This document shows positions 1 to 8,604 of a stretch of 64,000 nt of DNA, piece by piece. A model generated the notes under the pieces. It was not told the origin of the DNA and ran no database searches. It saw only the letters and a list, made by a program, of their open reading frames with translations. How positions within the stretch are numbered: position 1 is the stretch's first letter; every line of letters starts with the position of its first letter. The stretch lies in the NCBI GenBank assembly GCA_963555755.3, contig OY820905.2, forward strand, positions 1,312,001 to 1,376,000. The letters are read 5' to 3'. The translations under genes were made by a program, and so were the position numbers. The DNA is from Nitrospirales bacterium. Lineage in GTDB: Bacteria > Nitrospirota > Nitrospiria > Nitrospirales > UBA8639.

Positions 1-104
1 CTTCTTCTTCGGCATAGTGGTTCTAGTTATTTAGGGCTGCTCACCGTTGAGACAGAAGCCATCTTCCCGTATCATTTCCCTGAAAGGTGATTGAGGCTTT
101 CCTT

Positions 105-833
105 ATGAACATTGACGCTGCCCTGCAAGACCTTCGATCGCGCCTAGCCCGGGCCAAATCAGTGACGGTGTTAACTGGAGCCGGGATCTCCGCAGACAGC
201 GGCGTCCCGACCTTTCGCGGAACAGAGGGATTGTGGAAAGATTTTCGACCAGAAGAGCTGGCTTCCCCGGATGCCTTCGAGCGTGATCCAACCCTGGTCT
301 GGGAATGGTATAACTGGCGGCGGGAATTACTCGCCACGAAAAGTCCCAATCCAGGCCATCATGCCTTGGTTGAATTAGAACAGCGATGTGAGCGGTTTTG
401 GCTGATTACTCAAAACGTGGATGGCCTGCATGCGGAAGCAGGTTCTCGAAAACTGTCCGAAATTCATGGCAATATTTGGAAGGTCAGGTGTACTGGATGT
501 GGCGTGGTCAAAGACAATCGAGACGTCCCCATTGAGATTCTGCCAAAATGTTTAACCTGCCATGGGCTGCTACGCCCACATATTGTTTGGTTTGGTGAAT
601 CGCTGGACCCTGAAGACCTTCACAATAGCTATGAGGCGTTGCGATCCTGCGAGGTCCTGCTCATCATTGGCACTTCAGGCATGGTCTATCCCGCTGCCTC
701 CTTTGGGCCGATTGCCAAAGATCAAGGCGCCTTTGTCGCAGAACTGAATTTGGATTCAACACCAAACTCTGATCTTGTGGACGTGGCGGTTCAAGGACGT
801 GCTAAAGATCTTGTCCCTCAATTACTCTCATAA
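105..833 (+). CDS. cobB: NAD-dependent protein deacylase (sirtuin, class III)
   Basis: GAGISADSGVPTFRG, TQNVDGLH, HG, two CxxC pairs, RPHIVWFGE, GTSG; YxxR (YNWR) desuccinylase motif. ATG 105 preferred over GTG 87. Confidence 0.95.
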   Translation: MNIDAALQDLRSRLARAKSVTVLTGAGISADSGVPTFRGTEGLWKDFRPEELASPDAFERDPTLVWEWYNWRRELLATKSPNPGHHALVELEQRCERFWLITQNVDGLHAEAGSRKLSEIHGNIWKVRCTGCGVVKDNRDVPIEILPKCLTCHGLLRPHIVWFGESLDPEDLHNSYEALRSCEVLLIIGTSGMVYPAASFGPIAKDQGAFVAELNLDSTPNSDLVDVAVQGRAKDLVPQLLS

Positions 834-902
834 GGGTCCTGTTGAATATTGCACTCTAACAGCCAATAAAAGCTCCAAATCAGCCACGCATCGTCAGTGG
901 GA

Positions 903-1048
903 GGGAATGTTCAAAAAAGCATGCCCTGAGTCTTTCCGAAGGGTCTATCCAGCAAGGCCGCAGCCATTTTGACGAGCGGAGCGTACTCACAGTACGTGAG
1001 CACGGCAAAATGGCGAGAACGCCGCTGGCGGCTTTTTTCAACATTCCC
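903..1048. mobile_element. MITE family A copy with an extra REP-like insert
   Basis: Ends GGGAATGTTCAAAAA...TTTTTCAACATTCCC; core CAGCAAGGCCGCAG..GGAGCGTAC..GTACGTGAGCACG..GAGAACGCCGCTGG shared with other copies; extra CCCTGAGTCTTTCCGAAGGG near the left end. Confidence 0.85.
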
Positions 1049-1052
1049 ATAA

Positions 1053-1315
1053 GGGTCCGTCACGAAATAACCGGTACAATTGGGAAGCCCAGATTTGTGA
1101 TCGGGGCTAGGCGCGACGAGAGAGCAGAGCGGGGCTCTGTGACCGAGGAGCAACGCTGCCCCGTGCCAAAGATGGGCCTCCCCGGAGGGCCGAACGCTTT
1201 TGGGCTGCGCCGGCGTTGCTCAACGCTTCCATACTCCCGGTATGCGCACTCTTCGCTCCTTGGCTCGCCCTAAAATCATTTCGGCCAATTGTACCGGTTA
1301 TTTCGTGACAGATCC
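1053..1315. mobile_element. MITE family B copy (263 bp, TAA target duplication)
   Basis: TIR GGGTCCGTCACGAAATAACCGGTACAATTGG with its near-perfect inverse; TAA on both sides; second copy at 42970-43232. Confidence 0.9.
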
Positions 1316-1409
1316 TAAGCCATTGTAATTCCACATCTTCTTGACTATTTCCCGCCTTGTTTGTTACCGTATTTTGTTTAGGATTAATGCACGATACATG
1401 GAGCGAATC

Positions 1410-1610
1410 ATGCAAGTGACAATTAATGGAAAACCCGAAGATGTCCAAGCCGGCACAGTCCTGGATGTTCTGAAACATAAAGAGGTGGACCCCCATATGG
1501 TGGCAGTGGAACTCAATACTCAGATTGTCGAACGCGACCAACTGGAGACAACCCCGATCAAAGACGGGGATAAACTGGAATTCCTCTTTTTCATGGGTGG
1601 AGGCGAGTGA
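1410..1610 (+). CDS. ThiS-family sulfur carrier protein, C-terminus GGG-E
   Basis: MQVTING...VAVELN...DGDKLEFLFFMGGGE, 66 aa beta-grasp pattern; GGAG before ATG 1410. Confidence 0.9.
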   Translation: MQVTINGKPEDVQAGTVLDVLKHKEVDPHMVAVELNTQIVERDQLETTPIKDGDKLEFLFFMGGGE

Positions 1611-2535
1611 CCTCTCCCTTCTTGCCGCAAATCACGGAGGGCATTGGCAACACTCCCCTTGTCAGACTGAATAGCTTTCCCCGGAAGGCGGAGCCACCAT
1701 TTATGGCAAGGTGGAGTTTTTCAACCCCGGGGGCAGCGTCAAGGATCGTATCTGCCTCAATATGCTGGATGAGGCTGAACAACAGGGGCAGCTCAAGCCA
1801 GGTGGGACGATTGTTGAGCCTACGAGCGGCAACACAGGTATTGGACTCGCGTTAGTCGCGGCGGTTCGTGGGTACAAGCTGATTCTGGTCATGCCGGAAA
1901 GCATGAGTCTGGAACGAGCCAGCCTGCTTTCTTCGTATGGGGCTCAACTCATCTTGACCCCAGCGTGGGAGGGCATGAAGGGAGCCATTAAGGAAGCGGA
2001 AAGCATTGTCTCACAAAACCCTGAGTATTTTATGCCGGATCAATTTTCGAATCCCGCAAACCCGGCCATGCATAAAAAGACCACGGCCCTTGAACTGTGG
2101 GATGCCTTGGATGGGAAAATCGATGCGTTTGTCGCAGCGGTAGGAACAGGCGGCACGATTACGGGATGTGGTGAGGTTTTTAAAGAACGAAACCCTTCAG
2201 TAAAAATCATTGCGGTTGAACCTGCAGGATCCCCGGTTCTTTCCGGTGGTGAACCCGGCCCCCATAAGATTCAAGGCATTGGCGCAGGGTTCGTTCCAAA
2301 AGTTCTCAATCGTTCGATTTTAGATGATATTTTTCGCGTCACCGACGACCAGGCGTACCAGACGACCAAACTGTTGGCGAAAAAAGAAGGGCTCTTGGTG
2401 GGAATATCCTCTGGAGCCAACGTCTTTGCCGCCCAAAACGTGGCCAAGGAATTAGGCCCTGGAAAGAATGTCGTCACCGTGTTGTGTGATACCGGCGAGC
2501 GATATTTAAGTATCGAGAAGTATTTCAATATTTAA
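1607..2535 (+). pseudogene. cysK: Cysteine synthase A, split by a 1-nt frameshift near 1673 (pseudogene or sequencing error)
   Basis: IGNTPLVRLN lies in the 1607 frame; LSPEGGATIYGKVEFFNPGGSVKDR, EPTSGNTG, GTGGT and HKIQGIG lie in the 1711 frame. Confidence 0.85.
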
Positions 2536-2573
2536 TCGGTTCTTGAACAATCCATTTTACCTGAACGTACAGT

Positions 2574-3401
2574 ATGAACTTCACAGACGATCAGATTACC
2601 CGATACAGCCGACACATCCTGCTTCCTGAAGTAGGTGGCAAAGGCCAGAAGAAACTTTCCCAGGCGAAAATTTTTGTCGTTGGCGCTGGTGGCCTTGGCT
2701 CCCCCGTTGCGCTGTATTTGGCCGCAGCAGGTATTGGCACCATTGGCTTGATCGACAGCGATGTCGTGGACCTGTCGAATCTCCAACGTCAGATATTGCA
2801 CCACACTCCAGACGTTGGCCGACCGAAGGTTCTTTCGGCCAAAGAAAAAATTTACGCCTTAAACCCCGAGGTGACGGTCGAGACCTACGAAGATCGCTTC
2901 ACAGCGTCCAATGCGCTCGACCTCATCAAGCCGTACGATATCGTGATCGACGGAGTCGATAATTTTCCAGCGAAGTTTTTGATCAATGATGCTTGCTATT
3001 TCGCAGACAAGCCCCTCGTCCATGGCGGCATTTTACGATTTGATGGACGCGTGTTCTCCATCATTCCCAAAAAATCTGCCTGCTATCGCTGCATTTTTAA
3101 AGAGCCGCCTCCAGCCGGTCTCGTGCCCAGTTGCCAGGAAGCCGGCATTATTGGCGTGGTCGCGGGTGTTATTGGTACGATTCAAGCTACCGAGGCGATC
3201 AAATTGATTTTGGGCATTGGACAACCGCTCACTGATCGCATTTTGGATTTTGACGCACAGAAGACCAGCTTCCGTGAGATCAAAACCAAACGGAATCCCA
3301 AATGTCCCCTCTGCGGAGACAAACCTGAAATCACGAAATTATTCGAGCATGAACAGGAAGCCTGCCAACTTCGCACACCTGGCACGGTAGGCGTCACATA
3401 A
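2574..3401 (+). CDS. moeB: MoeB/ThiF-family (E1-like) adenylyltransferase, copy 1
   Basis: RYSRHILLPEVG, GAGGLG, DLSNLQRQ, CYRC and CPLC; no rhodanese domain. Confidence 0.92.
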   Translation: MNFTDDQITRYSRHILLPEVGGKGQKKLSQAKIFVVGAGGLGSPVALYLAAAGIGTIGLIDSDVVDLSNLQRQILHHTPDVGRPKVLSAKEKIYALNPEVTVETYEDRFTASNALDLIKPYDIVIDGVDNFPAKFLINDACYFADKPLVHGGILRFDGRVFSIIPKKSACYRCIFKEPPPAGLVPSCQEAGIIGVVAGVIGTIQATEAIKLILGIGQPLTDRILDFDAQKTSFREIKTKRNPKCPLCGDKPEITKLFEHEQEACQLRTPGTVGVT

Positions 3402-3415
3402 ATATAGGTGCTGCC

Positions 3416-4654
3416 ATGGCAAAAATGAAAGCCTTAGTCTGTCGAGAATGTGGGAAGGAGTATCCCACCGAAGCTATTCACGTTTGCGAACTCTGCTTTG
3501 GCCCATTAGAGGTCAAATATAATTACGATGAGATCAAGGCCAAAGTCTCACGGAAATCAATTGAGGCCGGGCCGCGTAGCCTTTGGCGATATCAAGACTT
3601 CCTTCCCATCGAGGGCAAACCGACCATCGGGTTGCATGCAGGTTTCACCCCTCTGGTCCGGGCTCATAACTTAGGCGCCTTTTTAGGCATTGACGAACTG
3701 TATATTAAAAATGACTGCGTCAATCACCCCACCCTTTCATTTAAAGATCGAGTGGTGGCCGTTGCGCTGACCCGAGCGCGAGAACTCGGCTTTGAAACAG
3801 CCGCCTGCGCGTCAACCGGAAACTTAGCCAACTCTGTCGCGGCTCATGCGGCGCTAGCCGGGATGCAATGTTACGTGTTTATTCCTGGCGACCTGGAAGC
3901 CGCGAAGGTGCTGGGCAACCTCATCTATCGTCCCAAGGTCATTGAGATCGAAGGTACCTATGATGACGTGAACCGCCTCTGTAGCGAGATTGCCGGTGAA
4001 CGACAATGGGCATTTGTGAATGTCAACATCCGACCATACTATGCCGAAGGATCGAAAACGCTGGCCTACGAAACCGTGGAACAATTGGGGTGGCGCGCGC
4101 CGGATCAGGTCGTGGTCCCCATGGCATCTGGTTCTTTGTTGACCAAAATTTGGAAGGGACTCAACGAGTTTCACAAGGTGGGATTACTCGATTCATTCGC
4201 CACCAAAGTTAATGGTGCGCAAGCTGAAGGGTGTTCACCCATTTCGACTGCGTATAAAGATGGTCGGGACTTTTTCAAACCCGTCAAACCCAACACGATT
4301 GCCAAGTCTCTCGCGATTGGGAACCCTGCCGATGGATATTATGCCTTGAAGACCGCGGCAGAAAGCGGCGGGGTCTTGGATTCTGTGACTGATGATGAAA
4401 TCGTAGAAGGCATTAAACTCTTAGCACAAACTGAAGGGATCTTTGCCGAAACAGCCGGCGGTGTGACGATTGGGGTGCTTCAAAAACTGGCAAAGCAGGG
4501 CTTGATCAAGCGAGACGATGTGACCGTCGCCTATATCACCGGCAATGGATTAAAGACCCAAGAAGCCGTAGTGGATTCGGTTGGTCGTCCCTTTCGGATC
4601 CCACCAAGTCTCAAAAAATTTGAACAAATGTTTGGACAACAGGGGGTGGCATGA
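3416..4654 (+). CDS. Threonine synthase-like fold-type II PLP enzyme
   Basis: N-terminal CREC/CELC, PTLSFKDR (PLP lysine), ASTGN, EGSKT, TGNGLK. Confidence 0.85.
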   Translation: MAKMKALVCRECGKEYPTEAIHVCELCFGPLEVKYNYDEIKAKVSRKSIEAGPRSLWRYQDFLPIEGKPTIGLHAGFTPLVRAHNLGAFLGIDELYIKNDCVNHPTLSFKDRVVAVALTRARELGFETAACASTGNLANSVAAHAALAGMQCYVFIPGDLEAAKVLGNLIYRPKVIEIEGTYDDVNRLCSEIAGERQWAFVNVNIRPYYAEGSKTLAYETVEQLGWRAPDQVVVPMASGSLLTKIWKGLNEFHKVGLLDSFATKVNGAQAEGCSPISTAYKDGRDFFKPVKPNTIAKSLAIGNPADGYYALKTAAESGGVLDSVTDDEIVEGIKLLAQTEGIFAETAGGVTIGVLQKLAKQGLIKRDDVTVAYITGNGLKTQEAVVDSVGRPFRIPPSLKKFEQMFGQQGVA

Positions 4655-4932
4655 TTACGGTTCGTATTCCCACTCCCCTTCGCCCCATGACTGGCGGCAA
4701 GGGAGAAGTTGAAGGCGCCGGGAGCAGTGTGAGTGAACTCATTGAACACCTGAACGGCGCTCATCCCGGGCTCAAAGATCGCATCTGTGATGAACAGGGA
4801 GAGGTGCGGCGCTTCATTAACATCTATGTCAATGAAGAAGACATTCGATTTCTGACCGGGAAAGAGACTCCACTCAAAGATGGCGATGAAGTCTCGATCG
4901 TTCCTGCGATAGCCGGAGGAACTCATGGCTAA
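4651..4932 (+). CDS. MoaD/CysO-family ubiquitin-like sulfur carrier, C-terminus GG-THG
   Basis: VRIPTPLR...RRFINIYVNEEDIRF...DGDEVSIVPAIAGGTHG. Confidence 0.92.
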   Translation: MITVRIPTPLRPMTGGKGEVEGAGSSVSELIEHLNGAHPGLKDRICDEQGEVRRFINIYVNEEDIRFLTGKETPLKDGDEVSIVPAIAGGTHG

Positions 4933-5164
4933 ATTGCGATTTCATATTCGCTTTCCCGAAGAAAAAATTCCTGAGCCGATTATTTATCAAATCGGCCATG
5001 AATATAAGGTCGTCACCAGCATTCGCCGGGCCGATGTTCGAGAAACCACGGGTTGGATGGATGTTGAATTCTCCGGAGACACCGAAGAAATCGAACGTGC
5101 CATCGACGGAATGCGAGAAAAAGGGGTCCAGGTCGATCCCATCGAACTTAATGTCGTGGAATAG
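4925..5164 (+). CDS. Stand-alone NIL domain protein
   Basis: EPIIYQIGHEYKVVTSIRRADV...GWMDVEFSG matches the NIL (MetN C-terminal) pattern. Confidence 0.8.
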   Translation: MAKLRFHIRFPEEKIPEPIIYQIGHEYKVVTSIRRADVRETTGWMDVEFSGDTEEIERAIDGMREKGVQVDPIELNVVE

Positions 5165-5204
5165 TGAATTACACCGTAATAGATGAATAAATAATTGGGG
5201 AGGA

Positions 5205-5322
5205 AGGATGTTCAAAATGTTCGTCTAGCAAGGCTGCAGACCATTTGGCACGCGGAGCGTACGACAGTACGTGAGCATGACAAAGGGTCGAGAACGCAGC
5301 TAGCGGACCTTTTCAACATCCT
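5205..5322. mobile_element. MITE family A copy
   Basis: AGGATGTTCAAAA...TTTTCAACATCCT with family A core. Confidence 0.85.
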
Positions 5323-5325
5323 GAC

Positions 5326-6132
5326 GTGATGATGGAATTTACAGAAGAACAAATTCAGCGCTATAGCCGCCAAATCATTCTTCCCGAGGTTGGCGGGAAG
5401 GGGCAGCAAAAGCTTCGATTGGCCAAAGTCCTTCTCATTGGCGCTGGGGGTTTAGGCTCCCCTATTGCGTTGTATCTGGGAGCGGCTGGCATCGGCACGA
5501 TTGGGTTGATTGATGGCGACGTCGTCGATCTGTCGAACCTTCAACGGCAAGTCCTCCATACCACACCTCATGTTGGGGTTCCAAAAGTTGAATCAGGCCG
5601 TCGTCTTTTGTCTGCATTAAATCCGGATGTCACTGTCAACACCTATCAAGAGAATATTACCGCCGACAATATTATGAAGATCGTGCCAGAATACGACATC
5701 GTCCTTGATGGGTCGGATAATTTCGGCACCCGATTTCTCGTGAATGATGCCTGCTTCTTTGCGAAGAGGACCCTCATCTCAGGAAGCATCTTTCGGTTTG
5801 AAGGACAATTGACCACCATCAAACCGCATGAAGGCTATCCCTGCTACCGCTGCCTCTATCCGGAACCACCCCCGGCAGGGTTAATCCCGAATTGCCAAGA
5901 AGCCGGTGTGCTCGGCGTGCTGGCCGGCACTATTGGTATTCTTCAAGCCAACGAAGCCGTGAAGGAAATCTTGGGTCTCGGCGAGACGCTTGCCGACCGC
6001 TTACTGATTTATGATGCGCTGGAAATGAAGTTCCGCAAAGTCGGTCGCCCCAAAGATCCAAAATGCCCCTTGTGCAGCGACCACCCCACTATCACGACAC
6101 TCGAAGAACACCACGTCTCTTGTAGCATTTAA
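5326..6132 (+). CDS. moeB: MoeB/ThiF-family (E1-like) adenylyltransferase, copy 2
   Basis: RYSRQIILPEVG, GAGGLG, DLSNLQRQ, CYRC, CPLC; paralog of 2574-3401. Start may be 5329 or 5332. Confidence 0.92.
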   Translation: MMMEFTEEQIQRYSRQIILPEVGGKGQQKLRLAKVLLIGAGGLGSPIALYLGAAGIGTIGLIDGDVVDLSNLQRQVLHTTPHVGVPKVESGRRLLSALNPDVTVNTYQENITADNIMKIVPEYDIVLDGSDNFGTRFLVNDACFFAKRTLISGSIFRFEGQLTTIKPHEGYPCYRCLYPEPPPAGLIPNCQEAGVLGVLAGTIGILQANEAVKEILGLGETLADRLLIYDALEMKFRKVGRPKDPKCPLCSDHPTITTLEEHHVSCSI

Positions 6133-6137
6133 ACCCC

Positions 6138-6647
6138 ATGCTCAGAATCCCATCCGACATTTGGGACGGCATGATCGAACATGCTCGGGCCCTCGATCCA
6201 CACGAATGTTGTGGCCTTCTCGCAGGTCAAGATGAGGTGATCTCCAAGCAATACCGGATCACCAACATATTGGCCAACATGACAGAAGAAGAGCTTGCAA
6301 CATTTTTCGAAAAAGGGAAGCTGACAGACCTGAAAAATCTTTCTCCCGAAGAACGCGCGGACATTGCATTTGTCATGGATATGGGGGAATTTTCCCTCGC
6401 CATCAAAGACATCCGCCAAAAGGGATTTACCCTTCCAATTTTTTATCACTCGCATACCTCAAGCCCAGCTCGCCCTTCAGAAACTGACATCAAAAAGGCG
6501 ATGGACTTTGAAGACATGCGAGAAAAGTTAAACTTTCCAGAACCCCTCCACCTCATCATCTCGCTTGAAGATAAATCCCATCCCACCATCCGCGCGTATC
6601 GCATTCAGAACTCGCAATCCACAGAAATCGCCGTTCAACAAGTGTAG
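6138..6647 (+). CDS. JAMM/Mov34 (M67, Mec-like) metallopeptidase
   Basis: PHECCGLL and YHSHTSSPARPSETD (E...HxH-x7-S-x2-D). Confidence 0.92.
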   Translation: MLRIPSDIWDGMIEHARALDPHECCGLLAGQDEVISKQYRITNILANMTEEELATFFEKGKLTDLKNLSPEERADIAFVMDMGEFSLAIKDIRQKGFTLPIFYHSHTSSPARPSETDIKKAMDFEDMREKLNFPEPLHLIISLEDKSHPTIRAYRIQNSQSTEIAVQQV

Positions 6648-6740
6648 CAATTTTTTCGAATATTCCGTCTTCCCCTGAATCTCCCCTAGAAATTACCTGC
6701 TAGACATCTTTTGCCAGGCTTGCAATAATATTTACGACAT

Positions 6741-6936
6741 GGGCCTGTTGAATAATTCAAAATTTCTATAAGACCAATAGCATTTGATTAATTGATTTAA
6801 CCCTAAATAGCCAGGGGCTGTTCAAAAAGGCCCGTCCAGCAAGGCCGCAGGCGCTTTGGCGCGCGGAGCGTACTCATAGTACGTGAGCACGACAAAGGGC
6901 CGAGAACGCCGCTGGCGGACTTTTTCAACAGGCCCC
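6741..6936. mobile_element. MITE family A copy (6814-6936) with an outer GGGCCTGTTGAA end at 6741
   Basis: GGGGCTGTTCAAAAAGG...TTTTTCAACAGGCCCC; GGGCCTGTTGAA at 6741 is the exact inverse of the right end. Confidence 0.8.
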
Positions 6937-6975
6937 CCTACATTCATTCTTTATCCTCTCCACAGGAGTGTCCCC

Positions 6976-7350
6976 ATGACAATTCATCCACGGTCTTTAT
7001 TCATTGGCTTCATGGTCATGTTTTCAAGCCTCACCTTCTCTCTCACCGTCACCGCCTTTACCGACGTACCAGGGAAAGAAATGGCTTTCTACAGTCCCAT
7101 CATTCGGGTTGTCCCAGACAAGGGATTTATTATGATTAGTACGAGTAGTGGAATTCTGTGGTTGAAAGCCAGTGAGGCCGCCGCCCCACACCTTGCGAAA
7201 TTACCTGTGGGCGGGAGGATTGATGTGACAGTCGAATTTCAAGGAAAACCCAATCCCCCCATCATCAAATCCTGGAAACTCGCCAGCGGGGATTCCACGT
7301 GTAACATCTTTGATGGAACAACTTGCGTCAAGGACGAAGAGAAAAAGTAA
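6976..7350 (+). CDS. Hypothetical exported protein
   Basis: AGGAG before ATG 6976; hydrophobic signal-like N-terminus; upstream ORF extension derives from the MITE. Confidence 0.7.
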   Translation: MTIHPRSLFIGFMVMFSSLTFSLTVTAFTDVPGKEMAFYSPIIRVVPDKGFIMISTSSGILWLKASEAAAPHLAKLPVGGRIDVTVEFQGKPNPPIIKSWKLASGDSTCNIFDGTTCVKDEEKK

Positions 7351-7364
7351 GCTTAATCTATTCC

Positions 7365-7575
7365 GGGACAAGATAGGTAACGCCACGTCGTCATCAACGG
7401 CAACCTGCATCCAGTCTTCGGGGAAACATATTCGGTGAAAATTTCCCCCTGATGCCAGCATCGAATACTCGGTCATGAAATTAGACCACCTTCCCTCAAT
7501 AATAAAGAAGGCAAGACCGCCTTTGATCTGGTTTCAAAATCCAAACGCAAACAATTCCAAGCTGCTTTTCGATAA
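7365..7575 (+). pseudogene. Remnant 3' end of an ankyrin gene paralog
   Basis: 7489-7575 reads PSLNNKEGKTAFDLVSKSKRKQFQAAFR*, 15/27 identical to the C-terminus of the next gene. Confidence 0.6.
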
Positions 7576-7581
7576 ATACCC

Positions 7582-8586
7582 ATGAATCCCTTTTCCGCTT
7601 TTGGCCCTCGCTTCTTGGTGGGTGTGTTGTTGGGTGTATTCCTATTGGTTTGCCTATTGGGAACCAGCCGCCTACTCCCTACTCCTTTTGGAGCTGTGGC
7701 CGCTGTATCTGGTGAATCGATGGTTGTCGCCCTGAGAAGTCGAACACTGCCCAAGCCAGGCCATGTCGCCCATTTGTATGTCTTCGGTCCAGGCGAGAGG
7801 CAAAAAACAATTGGAACGGTTGACCATATAACCGGCAGCCAGGTCACGGTGAAACTCACAGCTCGCTTTATACGTCCAAAATATAAATTCATGGTGTTGT
7901 TTGAAGATGATCGTTTCGCCATGTCGCTAAAACCATCACTGAAAATCCCCGAACCTATTCGACATCCCTTGAAAGCAACGGTACCAGCGGAACAGGACTT
8001 AATTCGTGCAGCCACTACTGATGATGTGGAGACAACTAATACTGCCCTCGGGGAAATAATCAACATAGACGCGTCGGGGGCTGATGGTGGCTGGCCATTA
8101 GCCATTGCGGCCCGGCACGGACACACTAATGTTGCTGAACTCTTATTGCGCCATGGTGCCGACCCCAATCTGATTGATCAGAAGACGGGTCTCACCCCTC
8201 TCAAACTTGCCGCAAGCTGGGGACGAAAAAAAGCAACGCGGCTACTCATCGAACATGGGGCAGATGCGAATTTTCAGGGTCCCGTGAATAACAATTGGAA
8301 TACAGGCTGGTCGCCACTCCATTACGCGGCTTCCGGAGAGCACATCGAAGTCATCAATGTTCTGCTAGACATGGACGCCGATCCCAATCTTCAAAACGCA
8401 ATAGGTAACACCGCCCTACACACCGCTGCGGAAAAAGGAAGATTAAAAGTTTTTCAAATCCTTCTCCAATCCGGCGGCAATCCCACCCTTAAGAATGATG
8501 AAGGCCAAATTGCTTTGGATATGGTTTCCTCAACAAAACGAAGCCAATTCGAAGCCGCACTTCTCAAATCAAGACCATCCTCCTGA
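7582..8586 (+). CDS. Exported or membrane-anchored ankyrin repeat protein
   Basis: N-terminal hydrophobic segment; four ankyrin repeats (GWPLAIAA, GLTPLKLAA, GWSPLHYAA, GNTALHTAA). Confidence 0.88.
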   Translation: MNPFSAFGPRFLVGVLLGVFLLVCLLGTSRLLPTPFGAVAAVSGESMVVALRSRTLPKPGHVAHLYVFGPGERQKTIGTVDHITGSQVTVKLTARFIRPKYKFMVLFEDDRFAMSLKPSLKIPEPIRHPLKATVPAEQDLIRAATTDDVETTNTALGEIINIDASGADGGWPLAIAARHGHTNVAELLLRHGADPNLIDQKTGLTPLKLAASWGRKKATRLLIEHGADANFQGPVNNNWNTGWSPLHYAASGEHIEVINVLLDMDADPNLQNAIGNTALHTAAEKGRLKVFQILLQSGGNPTLKNDEGQIALDMVSSTKRSQFEAALLKSRPSS

Positions 8587-8604
8587 GCTGGAATTTCCCA
8601 GAAA

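Noticed and set aside
903..1048. Family A as integron attC sites
   Set aside because: GTT is at the left and AAC at the right, opposite to attC; no integrase or cassette array.
911..1541. ORFs over 911-1541 and similar ones at 42894-43392, 44569-44991, 48346-48819, 50944-51237, 58503-58738
   Set aside because: They lie largely in MITEs; shared peptides reflect repeated DNA.
1410..6647. Antiphage ubiquitin-like system (Bil or CBASS type)
   Set aside because: No E2 or cyclase; linked to PLP sulfur enzymes and MoeB-type E1s.
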